This document shows positions 9,139 through 14,347 of a stretch of DNA of 14,347 nucleotides, in pieces. The stretch comes from an uncultured Methanosarcinaceae archaeon. GTDB lineage: Archaea; Halobacteriota; Methanosarcinia; Methanosarcinales; Methanosarcinaceae. The notes below the pieces were generated by a model. The model was not told the DNA's origin. It worked only from the letters and a program-made list of their open reading frames with translations, and searched no databases. Each line of letters starts with the position of its first letter. Position 1 is the stretch's first letter. Position numbers and translations under genes: made by a program. The stretch spans positions 1 through 14,347 of the forward strand of contig CAVSHT010000002.1 of assembly GCA_963727895.1 (NCBI GenBank), in the 5' to 3' direction.

Positions 9139-9921
9139 TCATACCCTTTTATCTGGAGTTATTCTAGTTCCTATAGATTCTCCATTTAAGAACCGATATA
9201 TATTATTCTCTTTCCCAGCATTGAATATATATGATGTGATACAAGACATTTCGCTGAGTTCCAAAAGTTCTTGAACTTTCCCTAGCATGCCACCTGTAAC
9301 ATCGGTACTCTCTGAACCTCTTATATATTGTTTGAAATATTCAAATTTTCCTGGGGTTATTTCAGGTACGGTTTTTCCGTCTTTATCCAGTACTCCATTC
9401 TCTGCCGATCCTAGTCCAAGTCTAGTGATCCCGAGTTCTTTTGCAAGATAAGGTACTATCTGGTCTCCTGAAAGCACGCAAGCCCCGAGCTCTAGGTCCA
9501 TAACCACGTCCCCATGAAGTATAGGGATAAAGCCCTTATCTATCATGAGCTTTATGTTGTCAAGATACATGCTTTCTATTCGTCTGTTTTTACAGACAGT
9601 ACAGCACATAGGATGTACAGCTATAGCCCTTACTCCGAAATGATTAAGAGAATCTACCACGGTTGATGAAAGCTTCTTGACGGATTCATGGGTTATAATC
9701 GCTCCTTCTGGATCAAACCCTTTATCAAGTCCGTATTTTTTGGCGTAGGTATGCCCAAAAGAACCTGCTCCATGTACAATAATCAGTTTTCCCTGGAATC
9801 TGGAAACTTCTTTTGCAATCCTCAGGAGGGCAGCCTCTCTTACGACTCCTTCGTCTGCATTCTTATCCGTAATGACGCTTCCTCCAAGTTTCAGGATAAC
9901 AGGTTCTTTTGAGTCTTTCAT
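9139..9921 (-). CDS. ipk: Isopentenyl phosphate kinase (amino-acid kinase fold)
   Basis: 260 aa. KLGGSVITDK, VHGAGSFGH (IPK signature His), LHGDV, LSGD and DVTGGMLGK. Located between mvk and fni. Confidence 0.94.
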   Translation of the reverse strand: MKDSKEPVILKLGGSVITDKNADEGVVREAALLRIAKEVSRFQGKLIIVHGAGSFGHTYAKKYGLDKGFDPEGAIITHESVKKLSSTVVDSLNHFGVRAIAVHPMCCTVCKNRRIESMYLDNIKLMIDKGFIPILHGDVVMDLELGACVLSGDQIVPYLAKELGITRLGLGSAENGVLDKDGKTVPEITPGKFEYFKQYIRGSESTDVTGGMLGKVQELLELSEMSCITSYIFNAGKENNIYRFLNGESIGTRITPDKRV

Positions 9922-10021
9922 ACTATATCACTTGATATTTTTCAAACAACTTTCATATTTTTCTCTAAAATTTTAGAGTATAGTTTTAACAAAATAATCT
10001 TAAATTATCTATTTGAGTTAT

Positions 10022-10928
10022 TTAATCTAAGATTAAACCCTGCTGTGTAGGTTTTGTTATGGTTGCTTTACCCCCTGCTTTTGAGATGGCTTCAGCAACC
10101 TGAATACACTTATCTAATGTGGTAAGGGCAACCATACATCCCCCACCGCCAGCGCCTGTAATTTTTGCCCCAAAAGCTCCAGCCTGTCGAGCTGAATAAA
10201 TTAGCTTGGAAAGTTCCAAAATATTTACTCCGAGTGCATCCAGAAGTCCCTGATTCACGTTCATAAGTCTACCAATGGAATAGTAGTCACCTTCAAGGAC
10301 AAGAGATTCCCCTATTTTAGAAATTATGCCAATAGAAGCCATGAGGGGCTCGATGAGTTCTGGATAACTTTCACGAAGTTTTCTGACGTTTGAAACAAGT
10401 TCTTTTGTGGATGAAAATACTCCCGTATCTCCTATTACAATTCCACAGTCTGGTGTCCTTAATTTCTTCCTTTCAGGAATAGTAACAACTCCCCCTAAAG
10501 TAGAAACATAGGTATCAGTAGGGCTTGCAGCTCCCTGAACGCTAATTTCAATTTGATGGCCCAGTTTTGCGATCTCTTCAAGAGAAAGTCCACATCCAAA
10601 CAGCCCATTAAGAGCTCCTATGCTCGCAATTGTAACAGCAGCAGATGATCCAAGTCCGGAACCCGACTGGAATATCGGAATCAATTTCTAAAAATACACC
10701 TTTTATTGGTGAGATTTTTCTCATATTTTCAATAACTGAGGAGATATATGGGTGTTTTTCAAAATCAATCCCTGTTTTTCCTATCTGAGACTGAATTACT
10801 ACTGAATCGCTAATTTCTGCTCTGACGTGGGTTCTCAGTTCAACAGCACATGCTATTGCAGTTTCTCCATAGACAACTGCATGTTCTCCAAAGAGATATA
10901 TTTTCCCGGGTGCAGAACATGAAATCAT
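10022..10928 (-). pseudogene. mvk: Mevalonate kinase, split as given by a single-base insertion at ~10660-10664 (frameshifted gene or sequence error)
   Basis: The N-part (from 10928) has SAPGKIYLFGEHAVVYG...DSDIPVG. The C-part, in another frame, has GSGLGSSAA, ASPTD and KITGAGGGG. The span is 907 nt (3n+1); removing one base gives a continuous 301-aa GHMP kinase. SD GGAG upstream. Confidence 0.9.
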
Positions 10929-10938
10929 ATTACTCCTC

Positions 10939-11068
10939 TAAATTCATAAGTTTGATTGAAGCATATAAAACAATAAATTCATGTTTGAAGTGAAAGTGAA
11001 TTTTTCTTTTAATCGTTTAATAAATTCATTCATAAGTTATTCAATTATTTTTAATGATTTATTCAATT
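10939..11068. repeat. Degenerate AT-rich direct repeats upstream of mvk, flanking a TATA-like box
   Basis: TAAATTCAT at 10939, 10974 and 11021. TTCATAAGTT at 10943 and 11029. TTATTCAATT at 11037 and 11059. A - strand TTTTATAT at 10963-10970 lies between the first two copies. Confidence 0.5.
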
Positions 11069-11208
11069 CTATTATTAATGGTCTCTTTTCTCAGATTCAT
11101 TTAGGTTAATACGCCTAAAATCCATAAAAATTTATTAGGAAATAAGTAAGTGCCTCTGTATCCTTAATTAAAAACAGGTATACTCCGGTTTGTTCTACAG
11201 GGTCTTTT

Positions 11209-12006
11209 TCATTCCACAATAATTGCGGCATAGCCTACCACTGCGTCCATATCTCCGGAAACCTCTCCACTGTTTGAATATTTGAGCAATTCAGCTCGAT
11301 TTGCACCAAGCTTTTTTGAGGCTGTTAACATCGCAGAAATAGGGCCATATCCGCACACTGATGCGTTTCTCTTATAAAGCTTTTCATATATTTCTGAAAT
11401 ATCAAGGTCAAGGATAGCCTCTATAATTTCATTATCTATTTCTCTTGCAATATTTGCAGGTTGATAATGAGTAAAATCGCTAGATGCGATAAAGACTACT
11501 TTTTTCCTGCTCTCAGAAACAAGGTTAGCAATAAGATTTCCGACCTCAGTTACGGTCTCTTCGTCTTGCATGCTCAGGCAGATCGGAAGAATCTTGAAGT
11601 CCTGATCAAAGCGGTATTGAAGGAAAGGAAGTTGAACTTCTATTGAATGTTCGTATCGGTGCCCTAGTTCATCTGTATCAATAATACTGCCTCTGAGTCC
11701 TTCCGCGAGTTCATGATCAACTTCAAGAGTTCCCAGGGTAGTTTCCCATGTATCTATAGATAATGATACAGGTGAGCCATATCCCGTATGATTAGGACCG
11801 AAAATTACATATGTGTCGGCTTTGGGAAGGACTGCATATACATGTGCAGCGACCCTCCCAGAATAGACATATCCTGCATGTGGGCAAACAGCCCCAAGGA
11901 TATTTCTTTCCCGGATCTCCAAACCTTCAAAATATTGCTTGAGCTTATTCTCAAGATTCTTTGAATTCAGGGGATAAAATTGCCCTGCTACTGCTGGTTT
12001 TCTCAT
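11209..12006 (-). CDS. amrB: MEMO1-family / AmmeMemoRadiSam system protein B (class III extradiol dioxygenase-like fold)
   Basis: MRKPAVAGQFYP, PHAGYVYSG, GPNH, EHSIEVQLPFLQ, IASSDFTHY, CGYGPI and VVGYAAI. SD GGTGA at 12012-12016 favours ATG 12006. Confidence 0.92.
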   Translation of the reverse strand: MRKPAVAGQFYPLNSKNLENKLKQYFEGLEIRERNILGAVCPHAGYVYSGRVAAHVYAVLPKADTYVIFGPNHTGYGSPVSLSIDTWETTLGTLEVDHELAEGLRGSIIDTDELGHRYEHSIEVQLPFLQYRFDQDFKILPICLSMQDEETVTEVGNLIANLVSESRKKVVFIASSDFTHYQPANIAREIDNEIIEAILDLDISEIYEKLYKRNASVCGYGPISAMLTASKKLGANRAELLKYSNSGEVSGDMDAVVGYAAIIVE

Positions 12007-12075
12007 TATAATCACCCATATGAAATATGGGCCTTTTTTATATATCCTTGCAGTATGCAGGACTATCTTTTGGGA

Positions 12076-12825
<750 letters not shown>

Positions 12826-12885
12826 TCATAATATAGAATCAACAATAAAGCACATTTATCTTTGAAAATGTATCCCACTACGTTT

Positions 12886-13068
12886 TTAACTGCTTTTGCG
12901 TTTGACCGTGATCGGAATTACTCCGGTCTTCAACTCTTCAATAGCAAGACTGAGAGGATCCAACCGCCCGTCATCTTCAACAAGGACAGGAGCTCCCATT
13001 GCAATTTGCAATGCTCTTGCACCTACAATCCGTGCACGCTCGAACCGGGTATATTTTTCCTTGACCAA
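12886..13068 (-). CDS. rpoK: DNA-directed RNA polymerase subunit K (Rpo6)
   Basis: [23 protein letters not shown]...AIEEL...IPITVKR. Likely TTG start at 13068 after SD GGTGA (13073-13077), giving 60 aa. Confidence 0.93.
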   Translation of the reverse strand: MVKEKYTRFERARIVGARALQIAMGAPVLVEDDGRLDPLSLAIEELKTGVIPITVKRKSS

Positions 13069-13179
13069 CTGATCACCCTGAAACTTAAAAACGCTCCGAT
13101 GAATTCCAATCATTGATAATCATAATAAATTTAATATTTTACAATACATGCCTTAACCAGCACCCTGTGAATATGGGAG

Positions 13180-13254
13180 TGGGACCGCTGAGATTCGAAC
13201 TCAGGTTCCGGCGTCCCGAACGCCGAAGGATGGACCAAGCTACCCTACGGTCCC
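13180..13254 (-). tRNA. tRNA-Pro (anticodon CGG), intronless, CCA not encoded
   Basis: Acceptor stem GGGACCG/CGGTCCC with discriminator A. D arm GGGTAGCTTGGTCCATCCT. Anticodon stem CGGCG/CGCCG with loop TT-CGG-GA. T arm CTGAG-TTCGAAT-CTCAG. Confidence 0.96.
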
Positions 13255-13443
13255 TTACTGGTACGGCGAAAGTACATCAACGAGCTCAACATGGCTTAGT
13301 ATCATTCTACGGCAGCAGTAGCGGGTGATCCCAAGATCATCCAGCACTACGGCAGCATCTTCGCCATCATTAACACGTCTTTTGTACTCATCCCAATAAT
13401 TTGAGATTACTTTTCCACATGAGAAACATCGGACTGGGATCAT
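13255..13443 (-). CDS. rpoN: DNA-directed RNA polymerase subunit N (Rpo10)
   Basis: [13 protein letters not shown]...[14 protein letters not shown]n-binding motifs; 62 aa. The true start is ATG 13443, 4 nt after the rps9 stop. Confidence 0.96.
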   Translation of the reverse strand: MIPVRCFSCGKVISNYWDEYKRRVNDGEDAAVVLDDLGITRYCCRRMILSHVELVDVLSPYQ

Positions 13444-13447
13444 AGTC

Positions 13448-13858
<411 letters not shown>

Positions 13859-13865
13859 TCACCCT

Positions 13866-14288
13866 TTAGAACTTTGAACCCATTTTCTGGCTCACTTCAC
13901 CAAGCTCAATATATTTACTGGAGCTTAATTGTTTCATATCGGCATGTGCAATGGTGATTGTCTCAGTGTCCTTCAGTTCAGAGGGAACACCTACATAGAC
14001 TTTAAGCCTGAACATTGCGTCCCTGCCCCTTGCTTTCTTATGGGGCGACATGCCACGGATAGTCCTTTTTAGGATGCGGTCCGGACGCTTCGGGAAGTAA
14101 GGCCCAAATTCCGTAGCACCTTTTTCCTGGCTTTGCCGGTAATCTTTAAGGGTTGTAGCCCTTGAACCAGAAATTACTGCTTTTTCAGCATTTACAATAT
14201 ATACCTTTTCGTTTCCTGAAAGCAATTCTTTTGCAATTGTACTTGCAAGACGCCCCAGAATAAGTCCATTTGCATCGATAACCGTCAT
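13866..14288 (-). CDS. rpl13: 50S ribosomal protein L13 (uL13)
   Basis: [46 protein letters not shown] and RLKVYVGVP. True start ATG 14288 with SD GAGGTG at 14295-14300. Confidence 0.96.
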   Translation of the reverse strand: MTVIDANGLILGRLASTIAKELLSGNEKVYIVNAEKAVISGSRATTLKDYRQSQEKGATEFGPYFPKRPDRILKRTIRGMSPHKKARGRDAMFRLKVYVGVPSELKDTETITIAHADMKQLSSSKYIELGEVSQKMGSKF

Positions 14289-14298
14289 ATTTGACACC

Positions 14299-14347
14299 TC
14301 AGCGGAAAATCCGAATTCCGAAACCTCTGGATTTTCTTCCATTATAT
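14299..14347 (-). CDS. rpl18e: 3' end of 50S ribosomal protein L18e (eL18), apparently with a 1-nt deletion at ~14326-14331
   Basis: One frame reads IMEENP and another reads [12 protein letters not shown] (stop 14299-14301). Together they match the archaeal eL18 C-terminus (..NPxGxxIRI..), in its usual position upstream of rpl13. Only 49 nt are visible. Confidence 0.75.
   Translation of the reverse strand, partial: YNGRKSRGFGIRIFR

Noticed and set aside
10608..10928. Treating the two mvk ORFs as separate genes, or as amber/pyrrolysine readthrough
   Set aside because: The break falls within one motif, the halves are in different frames, and the stop is TAA.
13113..13328. 71-aa + strand ORF
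   Set aside because: It is the antisense shadow of tRNA-Pro and rpoN.

Overview
This is an archaeal core-genome window, almost certainly from a Methanosarcina species, judged from the protein sequences, GGTGA/GGAGG ribosome-binding sites, gene order and long AT-rich spacers. The left part holds a partial tfb and gar1 (- strand), divergent from pyruvate,phosphate dikinase ppdK (+ strand). The rest is the conserved euryarchaeal ribosomal/RNA polymerase/isoprenoid gene string on the - strand: rpl18e (3' end), rpl13, rps9, rpoN, tRNA-Pro(CGG), rpoK, rps2, MEMO1/AmrB-family gene, mevalonate kinase, isopentenyl phosphate kinase, type 2 IPP isomerase, RNase J and GGPP synthase. I found no mobile element, CRISPR array or defence system, and I cannot support a new multi-gene system. 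The real anomalies are: (1) one extra base splits mevalonate kinase inside its ATP-binding motif; (2) one apparently missing base at the end of rpl18e fuses its frame to rpl13 (both are most simply sequencing or assembly indels, but recoding is testable); (3) a ~1 kb AT-rich fni-rnj spacer carries an SD-sequestering hairpin before a 25-codon ORF and an SD-led ATG-TAA minigene; (4) operator-like palindromes and repeats sit at the ppdK, gar1 and mvk promoters.
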